From Cenococcum geophilum (Eukaryota): 64,000 nt of DNA. Below, in pieces: positions 62,601-64,000 of this stretch. Positions within the stretch are counted from its first letter, which is position 1; each line of letters opens with the position of its first letter. The notes under the pieces were generated by a model. It saw only the letters and a list, made by a program, of their open reading frames with translations. It ran no database searches and had not been told where the DNA came from. The stretch lies in contig CP158636.1 of the NCBI GenBank assembly GCA_050273025.1, positions 5,828,001 through 5,892,000 of the forward strand, given 5' to 3'. The translations under genes and the position numbers were made by a program.

Positions 62601-64000
62601 TAGTAATAGTTATAGAAGATACGTAGTTTTAAATTAAAAATATTATATAATTCCCCGCTAAACTTCTTCTCCTAATCTAAGTAGAGCTTTATAAGCTCTA
62701 TAAGTAATTTTAAACTACCTCCGATTTAAGATTAAGGTAAAGAAGGTAGGAGTTATATTATAGGCTATAGTAGGGACGCAGGTCTAGTTGGTGGAGTCTA
62801 AAGGTTATTAAATTATAAAGTAATAGGATCCTATACCTACTCTTATTGGGGTATAGTATCTAATATTAAGGTTATAGGTTAAATTAGATACAGAGAAGTT
62901 AAAGGTAGAGGTAGGTTCGTCTCTAGAGGTATATTACTTAGGTTTTATTATAAGTTAAGCTTCCTTATAGTGCGTAGTTGGTGCTTAATCTCTTATAGAG
63001 TCCATTTATACTCTTCTTTTACGTTAATAACCTGCTCCTAAATATTATCTCTAATAGTACCCCTATCCTTAGGGATAAATACTCTATTCTCCTAAAGGAA
63101 GTTACAGAAGTTCTATATAATATCCTTATTTATAGGGGCCTATATTTCCTTTATCTATCTAATAAAGTCCTCCTTTATATATTCCTATAGCGCGGTATTA
63201 TTATATTTACTATCCTTATAATATATTATATGGTATAATAAAAATCTATTTAAGTCTTGTTTATTAGCGTTTATAAGATTAATTATAGCTTTATTCTATA
63301 TCTTTAGGTTAATATCTTCCTTATACTTCTTTAGGTAGGTTAACGCTATAGTAGGTATAGAATTAACGGGGTGTCGTATATTAAAGGTAGGTAAGATTTT
63401 CGGTTTTATAGGATCTCGTAGGTTTACTATTAAGAGGTAGGCAATTTAAGATATTGTTTAACGCGTTTTAGACGTTATTTAACGCGTTTTAGATATTAAC
63501 TTAGGACCCTAGGTTTAGTAATACTTCTAACCTAAAGTACTTAACTAAATCTTTATAAACGCGGTTGTTCTATATAATAGACGCAACTTAGTATCTCCTA
63601 GTACTTAGTAACACTTCTATTACTAGTTTTCCGTAAGTTTAAGGTAGTATAGTATCGCCGGGATCCATTCCATATAAGCGCATATAGCACCCCTATATAA
63701 GACTATCTCTTCTATTTAAAAACCTAGCTGCTTTATAGTTAACTGTATATTTAACTACTAATTAGTATTAGTTACATAGGGTAACTTACTAATAATAACT
63801 ACTTGAGTAGGGTTACAGTAATGTTAGTTAATAAAGCTTATTAATTGGAATAAGGGAGGGCGAGGAACTTAAGGCTCCTCGCCACGCTAGTACCGCGGCG
63901 ACACGTGATAGCAACTTGCCATTACGTGACGGCAGTTTGCCGTACGTGGCGGCAACTTGCCTTATTCCCAACAGTTATAATAGAGGATTATAAGTTATTA
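53663..64000 (-). mobile_element. Ty1/Copia LTR retrotransposon F, RIP-degraded; interrupted by G and continuing beyond the window
   Basis: Abrupt TGTCGG start inside the Gypsy RT. Putative LTR 53663-~53821 (end uncertain). Minus-strand order protease - integrase (HRRFG, ~56830) - RT (KPLYGVPEAG ~55230-55260; GL*TN from GLQTD ~55100) - RNase H, i.e. Copia order. Confidence 0.8.
57822..63973 (-). mobile_element. Ty1/Copia LTR retrotransposon G, RIP-degraded, nested in the gag of F
   Basis: TSD GTTAT at 57817-57821 and 63974-63978. 208-bp LTRs at 57822-58029 and 63766-63973. RT KPLYRIAEVG at ~59470-59500, with integrase upstream of RT. Confidence 0.92.

Noticed and set aside
1..64000. Starship giant transposon (NLR and catalase genes as cargo)
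   Set aside because: No DUF3435 tyrosine recombinase or Starship boundary is visible. It cannot be excluded outside the window

Overview
Filamentous ascomycete (Pezizomycotina) genomic DNA: intron-containing genes alternate with blocks of transposons that carry the RIP signature (C>T/G>A, strong TpA excess, stop-riddled ORFs). Genes: a partial HeLo-like/SesA + NB-ARC NLR (1-1258, minus), a secreted large-subunit catalase (2985-5498), a SesB-like/NACHT/ankyrin NLR with a C-terminal zinc-finger region (37476-42452), a small 4-TM protein, a HeLo-like/TPR-like/ankyrin protein lacking a NOD, and an MFS sugar porter with a hAT MITE in intron 4. Region 5803-36142 is a fully resolvable nest in which every boundary has a target-site duplication (TSD). 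An outer hAT contains an inner hAT, whose transposase is split by Ty3/Gypsy chromovirus A (itself holding B, C and two solo LTRs), two non-coding LTR elements (D, E), and a ~1 kb SINE-like retroelement. From 52079 a second nest begins (hAT end, Gypsy fragment, two Copia elements). Best finds: (1) the ~1 kb insertion starts exactly at G1 of a well-formed HDV-like ribozyme fold with a covaried P1.1; (2) a conserved hairpin motif is shared by the 3' UTRs of unrelated Gypsy and Copia elements; (3) two non-autonomous self-priming LTR elements with unrelated LTRs carry the same array of 16-18 nt repeats; (4) an NLR is fused to a C2H2-like domain and has a degenerate lipase triad; (5) the catalase has Ile in place of the distal catalytic Asn. 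All calls come from manual reading; no searches or folding programs were run.
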